Part shown: piece by piece, positions 1 to 12,395 of the stretch | Numbering within the stretch: position 1 is the first letter of the stretch | Layout: every line of letters begins with the position of its first letter | Assembly: GCF_964194025.1 (NCBI RefSeq) | Contig: NC_134470.1 | Coordinates: forward strand, 52,824,001-52,888,000 | From: Convolutriloba macropyga | Lineage: Eukaryota | Length of the DNA stretch: 64,000 nt | Direction: 5' to 3' | The notes under the pieces: generated by a model | Database searches by the model: none | Told to the model about the DNA's origin: nothing | Seen by the model: the letters and a program-made list of their open reading frames with translations, nothing else | Program-made: the position numbers and the translations under genes

Positions 1-1364
1 CATCAGTCACCCCTATCTATAAGAAGGACGTAGGAGGCTAGTCTCGAAGTATCGTCCGGTTTCTCTACTGAATATCGACAGTAAAATTTTCGAAAAATGC
101 ATGTACGAGCCACTATATGAACACTTTGAAACACACCTGAGCAAGCATCAGCATGGCTTTGTTCGAGGTAGATCTGTAACTACAAATATGTTCTCCTTCC
201 TGCAAAAGATTTACAAGGCAATGGACAAGAAGACAAGTGACAACATAGTTTCCTTCTACTCTGACTTCCCAATGCTTTCGACAAAGTACCTCATAAAGGA
301 TTACTCATCAAAATAGGTCCAATTGGTGTGGGTGGATGCTTCCTCGAAATTTTGGTTGACTATCTTCACAATAGAAGACAATTCGTAAGAGCTAGTAACA
401 CAAGCTCCAGGATTCTTGAAATCACAAAGGATCTCTTCTTGGACCCATTCTGTTCTGTATACTCATCAACGACCTCCAAGATGTCCTAAAATTTGGCGAT
501 CTATAACTGTTTGTCAATGACCTGAAGATCCTCTCAATAGGATACAGCGACACCGAATTCCAGGAGGACTTAAATACAGTACAAAACTGGGTAGCGACAA
601 ACAAATTGGAACTTGCAGTCGACAAGTGTCCAATACTAAACATAAGAAAGCCCAAAAAGGATTTTGAACTCTTATATCAAAAATTGAATTCTCTGCAAGC
701 ATTCAAAGACCTTGGTATAAACGTCAGTGAGAAACTGACATGGTGGGCTCATATAAATGCTAGACTCAATAAAGCAAACAGAGTCCTTTACTTGATAAGG
801 AGGAATGTCGCTTATGCCGTAAAACCCTTCATAAAAGTGGGATTATACAAATCGCTGGTTCTGCCAGTCTTGTTATACGGAAGTAACTGTACCACGCCGT
901 CAAAATCTGATTTAGGCAATCTTGAAAAACTCCTGCGGAAAGCAGTTAGATCGATAACAGGACAAAACGAGCCCTATGAGAATCAATTGAGGCTTTTGAA
1001 CATCTTGCCATTACCAATGTACATGCAGGTGAACGATCTCCTCACTCTCTCAAAGCTTAATCAAGAAGGAACAGACGATATTGAAATAACTGAAATAAAC
1101 AAAGTTCGAGGAAGATCCTCAGAATTATACACACTCAGAAAAGTAAGGCTCGAAAAAGCACTATTAGAATTCGTTTTCAAAAAATGCAGACTAGCAAACC
1201 GATTTGGCAATGAAAGAAATTTTATAAAACAGCGAGGACTGAAAAACCGAATACTAAATTCGATGTGGAAGTTTGTTAATAAATCTTTCAACACTCAAAA
1301 TATCTGCACGTGGCAACTGTGTTGCGATTGTCCCCTATGCCGAAATTTACGGACAATTCTCTAA
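1..1364 (+). mobile_element. 3' part of a degraded CR1/L2-group non-LTR retrotransposon ORF2 (RT and C-terminus)
   Basis: Frameshifted RT motifs PIYKK, YRPVSLLNIDSKIFEK, QHGF, FDKV, QGSLLGPILF, KDLG..V, LVLPVLLYGS; ends CTWQLCCDCPLC-stop at 1364. Confidence 0.9.
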
Positions 1365-1415
1365 AACCAAGACTCAAGGGTCAGAACGACCCCTCGACAA
1401 GCATTCGTAAAATCC

Positions 1416-1416
1416 C

Positions 1417-1448
<32 letters not shown>
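1416..1448 (+). repeat. (CAA)n 3' tail of the LINE, preceded by hairpin GGGTC-AGAAC-GACCC (1378-1392)
   Basis: About 11 CAA units ~50 nt after the ORF2 stop. Confidence 0.85.
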
Positions 1449-1571
1449 AGACAACAGAGAGAAACCTTAGAAAAACAAACTTCCCAATTCGAGAAACTAT
1501 GAAAACCCTTCTTTCTCGCTAACACAGCCTATCTAAACAACAAAATAGTTGAAAAACTTTTTCTACTATAT

Positions 1572-1616
1572 TTCACGGCGTTCAGATTCACCGCATTCAG
1601 TTTCACCGCGTTCAGA
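1572..1616. repeat. 15-bp minisatellite, 3 copies (TTCACCGCGTTCAGA-like)
   Basis: ttcacggcgttcaga / ttcaccgcattcagt / ttcaccgcgttcaga. Confidence 0.75.
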
Positions 1617-2692
1617 TTATATGAGAAACAGAAAAGCATAACAACCTCGCAACTTGTTCTGAACACCAAATTTACCATCAGAATTAAAGATCCAGAACTG
1701 TGAATAAAAACCTTTTGTGAACCAACTTTGTGTGTACATAATATCTCAGAAGAATTTGTCTTTCAACGGAACGATCAAGCCAAGTTTAAAATGTGTTATG
1801 TGTTCCACCATACAAGGTCGCACAACCCAGCAAAACAAACCATACGCTCAGCAGCAGTCTTTTCAGCAAAAACACACAAAATAATCAATCTACGTCTTTG
1901 TCAATTGGTCAAATAATAAAACATCGATTGAAAACAAAACATTTATCAAGCAAAAGGCAATTGGAATCAAAATTCGAACAGCCTCTATGGTCAATCCTTA
2001 AAAGGCCAAAACCACACCAACCTCTAACAACTAAACTAAACGAAAACAATAATAATCAGTCTTTTAGAAAAAACCAGAGCACCGAAGCACCAAAAAACTG
2101 GTATGATCATCTGCAACTCCCCGTATCGAAGGCAATAAGCCCTTTGACACATGCTGTTTGGTTGACTTTCTAGTCAACGTCTTTTTCTAGATGCATTTTC
2201 AGTATATATTGAGTTTCCATGAAACTATTGTCAGTCAGTTCCTCTTCAGTTTTTACACGGAAAATAACATGACTTTCTCTAAAATAATTGAAACAGCATG
2301 CAATAATCTCCAAGTCATCATTACTCTTTATAAGTCTATCGGAACTTTCTAAACACTCAATCTCAAAGTGCATCATCTTTAAATAATTAAAAAAAACCTC
2401 CGCCATACCCATTCTCCGTGTTGTGACATGAGTAAAATTGCGGCGCTCCTTGGTGCTAGCTTATTTGCATTCACCTATCAATCATGTCATTCATCGAAAC
2501 AATATTTGACACATTTGACTAAATTATCTGATGAATCTAAAAACTGTTCCCCATACAGTCATCAAAAATTATCTGACCGAGCAAATAAAACTTTCGTTTT
2601 TCACCAATGCAGAAATCAAACTCAAGACCGCGAATTAAATGAACTTATTGAGCAATTTGAAAAGAATATAATGATAAGGAATCGAACCTAAC

Positions 2693-2892
2693 NNNNNNNN
2701 NNNNNNNNNNNNNNNNNNNNNNNNNNNNNNNNNNNNNNNNNNNNNNNNNNNNNNNNNNNNNNNNNNNNNNNNNNNNNNNNNNNNNNNNNNNNNNNNNNNN
2801 NNNNNNNNNNNNNNNNNNNNNNNNNNNNNNNNNNNNNNNNNNNNNNNNNNNNNNNNNNNNNNNNNNNNNNNNNNNNNNNNNNNNNNNNNNNN
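2693..2892. other. Assembly gap (200 N) with a ~70-bp sequence duplicated on both sides
   Basis: 2621-2692 is nearly identical to 2893-2963. Confidence 0.95.
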
Positions 2893-3139
2893 CTCAAGAC
2901 CGCGATTCAAATGAACTTATTGAGCAAATTGAAAGAATATAATGATAAGGAATCGAACCTAACAGCCAACCTTCAGCTTCGCTCTATAAAAACTTAATCA
3001 AATAAATGAAAGTTCAACCAATTTCAAAGGAGAAAAATATGATATAAGACTTCAAGGGAAAGAAAAGTCCACATTGGAAATTGATTACCTTTCCGCCCTC
3101 AGTAATGTCATTAGCCACAGTTTTTTTATTATAAATGTT

Positions 3140-3305
3140 ATTACTATTATTATTATTATACTTGTAGAGTTAGGGAAGTAAGAGAAAACTTCTTTAGTAG
3201 CTTTTCATGTGTGATGTTATGGATGAATATGGATGAATAGATGCAATTACCAGAAACTATTAGCAAATCGTGATATGGTGTCCAGTAGATTCCTAAAGGT
3301 GTTCA
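3140..3305 (-). mobile_element. Short 3' end of a CR1-like LINE with (TAA)n tail (copies at 4858-5020 and 7450-7575)
   Basis: Minus strand reads RNPLDTISRFANSF-like ORF2 end, followed by TAATAATAAT. Confidence 0.5.
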
Positions 3306-4199
3306 GGATATCGGTTATTGCATCGCAACGACCGTGTTACTACAGGATGGCGAATTAATCTCACACAACCGGCGAGCGGTAGGCTTTGTCATAGGCTAGC
3401 CACGGTAGAGTGAGTCTAGTTTATGTTAATTGAAGGGCCGTGAGGTGAACGCGGGCAACAGGGGTGCAACGGTGGGATGATCAGGGGAGGGGCAACAGTG
3501 GGTTGGAGGCAAAAGCGCGTGAGCAACAATGGGGGGAAGGAAACAGCGGGGACCAACAGTGGGGGGCCAACAGTGAGAGAACGGTTTTTGGCGGCACGGG
3601 GCCCATAAAACTTGAGCGATGTGTAAGAATGGGGATTGGGGGGTCAATAGATTTGTACACATGTTCAGGAAGTCCATTTTCGCCTCGCAATTATCGTGTC
3701 TAGTGAAGCCTAAAATCTCAAAAATAAAACACCACCATAAAAATTTGTGCAACGCAGTGGAATTGTCAGAGTCTCTGGACAAAAACGGAAACTGTCAAGT
3801 AACACATTCATCATGAAATATTTCACTCAATTTCCATTAGATGCGACTGAGTACACTCACAGCCATTTTTATCCTTGTTTGAGCTATATTTGAACCAATT
3901 GGAATATTTTCGCCTTTGAAAATTCTCATTAAAATCCTTCTTCGAGAAGTTTGGACATTTGAAAGTGATTTGATTAACCACTACCTATTCCTTTTGGTAA
4001 AAGAACCTCAGAAAAAATGCAATATAAACATGGAATTGCATGAAGTAAACAGTCTGCAATACTCCGTAGTTGACGTCCTGTCAACCCCTACATAATTGCA
4101 GTGGCAGCTGTAGCGTACCTTCAACTAACCCCTAGAAATTCAAGGACAACAGAAATTCGTTGTATCGGAGAATGAAAAAATGCCCAAAAAAATCGAACT

Positions 4200-4680
4200 A
4201 TTTTGAGCAAACTTGAACTCGAAGTGTCAGTAGTTGAAGTTCGATTGCACTAAACAATATTGAAAGAATCGTCCTTTTCAACTGACAACTCTTACTCCTG
4301 GTCAGATAGTCAGATAATCTTGGACACTGGATCGCAACCTGCAAGAGGCAACCGTGGAAAATGATTACCTTTCCGCCCTCAGTAATGTTAAAAGTCTTTA
4401 CAACCACCCTGAACGTTGAAATCAGTACGGCCACATAGACAGTAAAACATCTCAAACTGAACTGGAAATGAACTGTATGCAGCCGGTTGAGATGCTAGAC
4501 CCACCTACGGGTCGAATTTTGTACTCTGACCAGCTACACAGTACTCGTGGAGTCTTTATGAGTTTCTGAGAAAACCCAATCGCAGTCCTGGTGGGAATCG
4601 AAGGCATGTTCATGCAAATTGCAATTAACTAAACAGATGAGTCTGCATTTCGTTTTTTGTGCATAATTATCTAAATCTAC
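4200..4680 (+). mobile_element. BEL/Pao pol remnants (RNase H piece followed by RT piece); copy at 6760-7229
   Basis: WSDSQIILDWI (Pao RNase H WSDS motif) and ENPIAVLAGIEGMFMQI (Pao RT ADIEKMFLQ-like). Confidence 0.7.
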
Positions 4681-4692
4681 AAAGATTGTGAC

Positions 4693-4857
4693 NNNNNNNN
4701 NNNNNNNNNNNNNNNNNNNNNNNNNNNNNNNNNNNNNNNNNNNNNNNNNNNNNNNNNNNNNNNNNNNNNNNNNNNNNNNNNNNNNNNNNNNNNNNNNNNN
4801 NNNNNNNNNNNNNNNNNNNNNNNNNNNNNNNNNNNNNNNNNNNNNNNNNNNNNNNNN
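4693..4857. other. Assembly gap
   Basis: N run. Confidence 0.99.
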
Positions 4858-7229
4858 CTATTATTATTATTAAATTTATAGAGTTAGGGGAGTAAGAAAA
4901 AACTTCTTTAGTTGCTTTTCATGTGTGATGTTATGGATGAATATGGATGAATAGATCCAATTACCAGAAACTATTAGCAAATCGTGATATGGTGTCCAGT
5001 GGATTCCTAAAAGTGTTCGCAACGACCGTGTTACTACGGGAGGGCAAATTACTCTCAAACAACCGGCGAGCGGTAAGCTTTGTCATAAGCTAGCCACGGT
5101 AGAGTGAGTCTATTTTATCTCAATTGAAGGGCCGTGAGGTGGACGCGGTTGAAAGGAAGGCAACAGGAGGATGATGGGGGATGGGGCAACAGTGGGGGCA
5201 ACAGTGGAGGGCCAACAGTGGGAGAACTGTTTTGGCTGCTCGGGGCCCTTAAAACCTGAGCAATGTTTAGGGATGGGGAATGGGGGGTCAGTAGATTCGT
5301 AGACATGTTCAGGAAGTCCGTTTTCGCCTCGCAAATATCCTGTCCGGTGAACCCAAAGTTCTCGAAAAAAAACACCACCAAAAAAAATGTTCAACGCAGT
5401 GGAATTGTCAGAGTCTCTGGACAAAAACGGACACTGTCAAGTAACACATTCATAAAATAGCTCTCATTTTCCATTAGATGCGACTGAGTACACTCACAGA
5501 CAATTTTTATCCTTGTTTGAGCCATATTTTTGAACCAATTGGAATATTTTCGCCGTTGAAAATTCTCATTAAAATTCTTCTTCGCGAACTTTGGACATTT
5601 GAAAGAGATTTTATTAACCATTACCTATACGTTTTGGTAAAAAAAAACTTCAGCAAAAATGCAATATAAACATGGAAAAGCATGAATTAAACAGTCTGCA
5701 ATACTCTGTAGTTCGCGTACTGTCGAGACCCACATAATTGCAGTGGCAGCTGTGGCGTACCTTCAACTAACCCCCAGAAATTCAAGGACAACAGAAATTT
5801 TTTTGTGTATCGGAAAATGAAAAATGCCCAAAAAAACAAACTAATGTGCGCAAACTTGAACTCGATGTGGTAGTTGTTGGAGTTCGATTGCACTAAACTA
5901 TATTGAAAGAATCGTCCTTTTCAACTGACAATTCTTACTCCTGGTCAGATTGCCAGGTGATCTTGGACTGGATTGCATCCACCAAGAGCCAACCGTTATA
6001 AGCAATTGTTTTTAACGTGTTCTCCCGAGGAAAACACTTTGTTTTAACAAGCAACAGTAAACAACTGATGACATCAAACTCTCACGGGTAGACCTGATCA
6101 TATCTTCTAAATACAACTTATTTCCTTCAACAAAATAATCTATGAAAAGAAGACTGAAGCCCCACCCCAAGGGTAAGCCACGGCCATTCAACCCAGTTCT
6201 CGGCAAAAATGGAACAAGAGAGCTCAACAAAACTGTAAGGTCTTAACTTTGACAAAAGTAACGCGTCGATACAAACACGACCTGTGAGGTTCGTGCAGAT
6301 ACAAACACGACATGCAAAAATCTCCAACCGCATCTTTACCATTTTTGGAATGTTTTGGAGCCTCTGAGGCAGTCAGCAAAAAGAACGCTGACTCTCAACC
6401 GACGTATTCCGAAGAATACTGAAATAGATTGAAGCCATCTTTAAATCACGACTTCTCACAAAAGTCACTGATCTATCTATCAGTCATGGAGAAGCCTCTT
6501 GCATCCAACCACTTCCTGATCACTTCCTGGAAGCTACTTTTGGAAGATTACCTGCAAACACTACTCAAGAGGTCCAACGGAGGGAGAGCAAGAAGTAGCA
6601 TCTTAGAGTTAAAGAGATTTTCTGGATCCTGAGATTTGACACCCCGTGGAAGTTGGTTTCTTGAGCGTGCGTTGGAGGTATACTTTAAACTAGAGGGACA
6701 AAACCATGTTGTTCGTTGTATCGGAGAATGAAAAAATGCCCAAAAAAATCAAACTATATTGCGCAAACTTGAACTCGAAGTGGCAGTAGTTGAATTTCGA
6801 TTGCACTATATTGAAAGAATCGTCCTTTTCAACTGACAACTCTTACTCCTGGTCAGATAGTCAGATAATCTTGGACTGGATTGCATCCTCCAAGAGGCAA
6901 CCATGGAAAATGATTACCTTTCCGCCCTCAGTAATGTTAAAAGTTTTTACAACCACCTGGAACGTTGAAATCAGTACGGCGACATATACAGTAAGACATC
7001 TCAAACTTAACTGGAATTGAACTGTATGCAGCCAGTTGAGATGCTAGACCCACCTACGGGTCGAATTTAGTACTCTGACCTGCTACACAGTACTCGTGGA
7101 GTCTTTATGAGTTTCTGCGAAAACCCAATCGCAGTCTTGGCGGGAATCGAAGGCATGTTCATGCAAATTGCAATTAACTAAACAGATGAGTCTTCATTTC
7201 GTTTTTTGTGCATAATTTTCTAAATCTAC

Positions 7230-7449
7230 NNNNNNNNNNNNNNNNNNNNNNNNNNNNNNNNNNNNNNNNNNNNNNNNNNNNNNNNNNNNNNNNNNNNNNN
7301 NNNNNNNNNNNNNNNNNNNNNNNNNNNNNNNNNNNNNNNNNNNNNNNNNNNNNNNNNNNNNNNNNNNNNNNNNNNNNNNNNNNNNNNNNNNNNNNNNNNN
7401 NNNNNNNNNNNNNNNNNNNNNNNNNNNNNNNNNNNNNNNNNNNNNNNNN
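7230..7449. other. Assembly gap
   Basis: N run. Confidence 0.99.
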
Positions 7450-9139
7450 AAGAGAAAACTTCTTTAGTTGCTTTTCATGTGTGATGCTATGGATGAATAT
7501 GGATGAATAGATCCAATTACCAGAAACTATTAGCAAATCGTGATATGGTGTCCAGTGGATTCCTAAATGTGTTCGCAACGACCGTGTTACTACGGGAGGG
7601 CGAATTAATCTCAAACAACCGGAGAGCGGTAGGCTTTGTCATAAGCTAGCCACGGTAGAGTGAGTCTAGTTTATCTCAATTGAAGGGCCGTGAGGTAGAC
7701 GCGGTTGAAAGGAAGGCAACAGGAGGATGATGGGGGATGGGGCAACAGTGGGGGCAACAGTGGAGGGCCAACAGTGGGAGAACTGTTTTGGCTGCTCGGG
7801 GCCCTTAAAACCTGAGCGATGTTTAGGGATGGGGAATGGGGGGTCAGTAGATTCGTAGACATGTTCAGGAAGTCCGTTTTCGCCTCGCAAATATCCTGTC
7901 CGATGAACCCAAAGTTCTCGAAAAAAACACCACCAAAAAAAATGTGCAACGCAGTGGAATTGTCAGAGTCTCTGGACAAAAACGGACACTGTCAAGTAAC
8001 ACATTCATAAAATAGCTCTCATTTTCCATTAGATGCGACTGAGTACACTCAAAGACAATTTTTATCCTTGTTTGGGCTATATTTGAACCAATTGGAATAT
8101 TTTTGCCTTTGAAAATTCTCATTAAAATTTAAAATCCTTCTTCGAGAATTTGGACATTTGAAAGAGATTTGATTAACTACTACCTATTCATTTTGGTAAA
8201 AAAAACTTCGTGATATTGTGTCCAGTAGATTCCTAAAGGTGTTCAGGATATCGGTTATTGCATCGCAACGACCGTGTTACTACAGGATGGCGAATTAATC
8301 TCACACAACCGGCGAGCGGTAGGCTTTGTCATAGGCTAGCCACGGTAGAGTGAGTCTAGTTTATGTTAATTGAAGGGCCGTGAGGTGAACGCGGGCAACA
8401 GGGGTGCAACGGTGGGATGATCAGGGGAGGGGCAACAGTGGGTTGGAGGCAAAAGCGCGTGAGGAACAATGGGGGGAAGGAAACAGCGGGGACCAACAGT
8501 GGGGGGCCAACAGTGAGAGAACGGTTTTTGGCGGCACGGGGCCCATAAAACTTGAGCGATGTGTAAGAATGGGGATTGGGGGGTCAATAGATTTGTAGAC
8601 ATGTTCAGGAAGTCCATTTTCGCCTCGCAAATATCGTGTCTAGTGAAGCCTAAAATCTCAAAAATAAAACACCACCATAAAAATTTGTGCAACGCAGTGG
8701 AATTGTCAGAGTCTCTGGACAAAAACGGAAACTGTCAAGTAACACATTCATCATGAAACATTTCACTCAATTTCCATTAGATGCGACTGAGTACACTCAC
8801 AGCCATTTTTATCCTTGTTTGAGCTATATTTGAACCAATTGGAATATTTTCGCCTTTGAAAATTCTCATTAAAATCCTTCTTCGAGAAGTTTGGACATTT
8901 GAAAGTGATTTGATTAACCACTACCTATTCCTTTTGGTAAAAGAACCTCAGAAAAAATGCAATATAAACATGGAATTGCATGAAGTAAACAGTCTGCAAT
9001 ACTCCGTAGTTGACGTCCTGTCAACCCCTACATAATTGCAGTGGCAGCTGTAGCGTACCTTTAACTAACCTCCAGAAATTCAAGGACAACAGAAATTTTT
9101 TTGTGTATCGGAAAATGAAAAAAACAATGCAAAAAAAAA

Positions 9140-10170
9140 CAAACTAATGTGCGCAAACTTGAACTCGATGTGGCAGTTGTTGGAGTTCGATTGCACTAAA
9201 CTATATCGAAAGAGTCGTCCTTTTCAACTGACAATTCTTACTCCTGGTCAGATTGTCAGGTGATCTTGGACTGGATTGCATCCACCAAGAGGCAACCGTT
9301 ATAAGCAATTGTTTTTAACGTGTTCTCCCGAGGAAAACACTTTGTTTTAACAAGCAACAGTAAACAACTGATGACATCAAACTCTCACGGGTAGACCTGA
9401 TCATATCTTCTCAATACAACTTATTTCCTTCAACAAAATAATCTATGAAAAGAAGACTGAAGCCCCACCCCAAGGGTAAGCCACGGCCATTCAACCCAGT
9501 TCTCGGCAAAAATGGAACAAGAGAGCTCAACAAAACTGTAAGGTCTTAACTTTGACAAAAGTAACGCGTCGATACAAACACGACCTGTGAGGTTCGTGCA
9601 GATACAAACACGACATGCAAAAATCTCCAACCGCATCTTTACCATTTTTGGAATGTTCTGGAGCCTCTGAGGCAGTCAGCAAAAAGAACGCTGACTCTCA
9701 ACCGACGTATTCCGAAGAATACTGAAATAGATTGAAGCCATCTTTAAATCACGACTTCTCACAAAAGTCACTGATCTATCTATCAGTCATGGAGAAGCCT
9801 CTTGCATCCAACCACTTCCTGATCACTTCCTGGAAGCTACTTTTGGAAGATTACATGCAAACACTACTCAAGAGGTTCAACGGAGGGAGAGCAAGAAGTA
9901 GCATCTTAGAGTTAAAGAGATTTTCTGGATCCTGAGATTTAACGCCCCGTGGAATTTGGTTTCTTGAGCGTGCGTTGGAGGTTTATCCTAGACTAGATGG
10001 ACAAAATCATATTGTTAAGCTGAAAACCGCAAACTGCACGTTCGTTTGCCCCCCGTCAGCACTCACCTGTGTTTTGGTTGAATAGTCCCCCTTTTTGCCT
10101 TTTATCTAGGAATGGCTTACAGACAAATTGTATTTACCAGATTTGACGATCTCTAAAATTGGGGCAGAAT
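9140..10170 (+). mobile_element. BEL/Pao RNase H-integrase-3' end remnant (partial copy at 5840-6715)
   Basis: KPLASNHFL (PLTPNHFL-like), RGxWxLxRxLEVYPxxDG..IVKLKT; purine tract GGGGCAGAA at ~10161 may be the PPT. Confidence 0.7.
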
Positions 10171-10920
10171 ATCAAAATAGAGTTTATTCAAGTCATTGTC
10201 GGCCAAATAAATGAGCACTCACAAATGCTACACAATCTAATATATTCAGCTGTGACAATATGTGCGGTTTGGATTGTTCTCTGTCCAACACTGCGGTCCA
10301 CTGAGGGATGACCAAGGCGCTCGACGCATGACCAAGTTAAAAATGCTATGTTGAGTCCTGCAAACATTTCTCCATCAGAGAAGGCAAATAAATTTTTTAG
10401 CAAGGTTAATTTTTGATCTACACTCAAATTTCTGCTGTTTTCTATAAGATGCTCTTCGATTTAACGTTCAATTTTCAAAAAATATATATCTAAAAAATTC
10501 CCTAAGATAACTTTTTTGTGCAAACTTTTCCACCGACACAGCATGTTTAATTCATAGTGAAGTATTTGCTGTTTTGGAACCAAATACGATAACTAATAAA
10601 GAGCGAAGAGATGCAAGCATATTTAATTTTGATGATAGACTCTTGTTTACCTATGCCTTCACTAGATGAAATGGAAAGTACGTTAGCAAGCAACTATCGA
10701 ATTAGAAAATGCAAGACTTTATGCAACTCTACTTGATTTGAGTTTCTGTCATAAGTGCTTCTAATGTTCAATTACAATCAACCTAACTCAATTTTTTTAT
10801 CAAAGTGATAACCAAAAATTAATAAAAAGGGGACAATTGCGCTAGGGCAATTTAAATTTAAAGGACTGCGGCAGCTGCTTAAAAAGGTTTTATGGATGCA
10901 AAAAACAAACTGACTGTGCA

Positions 10921-10980
10921 TGATTTGCCTGACCTCTAGAATGTCAGTCTGACATCCTAATTACCAAGCTGCATTGGCAT
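10921..10980 (-). mobile_element. Degenerate tRNA-derived SINE-like head, related to 37461-37534
   Basis: Shares GATGTCAGACTGACA and an A-box-like CAGCTTGGTAA with the 37.5-kb copy. Confidence 0.4.
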
Positions 10981-11121
10981 TATTCCGCTTTCTTTCACAA
11001 TCGCTTCCATCTGACCAAAAAATTACTTCACAATGACATCAGACTACTCAAAAACAAAAAATTCGATTGTAAAAAAATCACTCAAGGACCCAAATACTGT
11101 TCAAAATAAAAACGCAAAAAG

Positions 11122-12395
11122 TCAAGAACAGTAGAGTGTGGAGCGGTTGTTTTGTCTTGGAACATTATTCGAATTTTGCAAATTCGGGGTTCGAGAGCTA
11201 CTGGAGAATTGAACTGCGTTGACGCTAGCCGGGATGACAATCTTAATATGCTGCTGAATTTGATGCTGGTTTCGCATCCCAAGTTCCATGTTAATTGCTA
11301 GCTCTAATGCCTTACGCGGCTTAACTGTTTGTTTGAGTAGTTCCGTTTGAATTTCAGAATCCATTAGGTTAGTAATGAAGACGTCGCGTATCAGAGTCTC
11401 TTCCTTAATTTGGAAGTCGCAGTTCTCTGCCAATTCCTTTAGTTTACCATAGAAATGTTCTACTGTTTCTCCCCGAAGCTGTTTCGTAATCAAGAAAACA
11501 TGACGGTCAAAAGTTATGTTGCGAGAACGGATGAATGCCTCTTCCACGATCTTCCAGAAGTCTACGGTAGTGAGGGTATCGATCATCAAATGCGGGTTTT
11601 TGCAGTTGAGAATGCGACGTCCTTCTACCCCGATGCTTAGATAGATTAGAGACACGGTTTTGCGATCCGCCAGTGGCCACCGTTTGTCACCACACATTAT
11701 ACCGACTTCAATTAGCCGTTGGCATTTGTTTTGCTAATTCATCTTCTGTTGTGCGTTGCGAGCATTCATCTCTCTCTCCGATTGTGCGAAGAGCCAACTA
11801 TAGTTTCTTCGTATATTGGTTCGAGGGGAAGTTCCACCATATCGGGTTTTGGACCAAGTAGTGTATCAAGAATGATGTTCTCTTTCGCCAACAGTGCCAA
11901 TTTATATTGCACTCTCCATTTCTCCCAGCGAAGAGGAGGGTCGGTTGTAGTTTTATCCCAGAAGGCGTCTATTCCGAGAGGCGTACGTTTAGTTTCTGAC
12001 TGCGCCATGTCGTACTCTGATGAAATAGAGTAGCTACTCGCGATTCGAGTGCGCTTAATTTCACTTAAGCTGTGATTCGCGGAGCGAGATCCTGACTTGA
12101 ATATTTTACGCTTACTCGCGGAGCGCGAATTACAAAGAGAATTGTTCAACTGATATTGAATTGCAAAACTAAGAGAATGAACTGAAGTGCTTATAAGCAA
12201 ATCTTGAATGCGTGATCAGCCATGTCTGATCACGAAGCGGGAAACCAAGAAAGGAAGTATTGAACAGATCATAAGATACTAAATGAAAAAATATGAACTA
12301 AATGAAGGGCAAATAAATTGAACTAATTTAAAGGCATCGTATAAAAATGTACTGCATCAAATAAATAACAAAGGATGATATCCTTGGGTATCACA
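11122..12395 (-). mobile_element. 3'-truncated Ty3/Gypsy element: 5' LTR (12395-12008), tRNA-Ser PBS, frameshifted gag
   Basis: Gag MAQSETKRTPLGIDAFWDK..PPLRWEKW, RNITFDRHVF, LIRDVFI is homologous to the gag at 17003; minus-strand LTR TGTGATAC...GTACGACA then TGGCGCAGTCAG. Confidence 0.85.

Larger units (their letters stand above)
3075..10170. repeat. Complex tandem/segmental duplication of a composite unit (LINE tail + G-rich element + BEL/Pao fragments), about 4 partial copies
   Basis: Near-identical blocks: 3270-4150 ~ 8210-9090; 4900-5640 ~ 7450-8200; 5690-6715 ~ 8985-10015; 4160-4680 ~ 6720-7229. Confidence 0.9.

Noticed and set aside
2621-2963. Direct repeat flanking the 200-N gap
   Set aside because: Most likely an unmerged contig overlap, since it abuts the gap exactly on both sides
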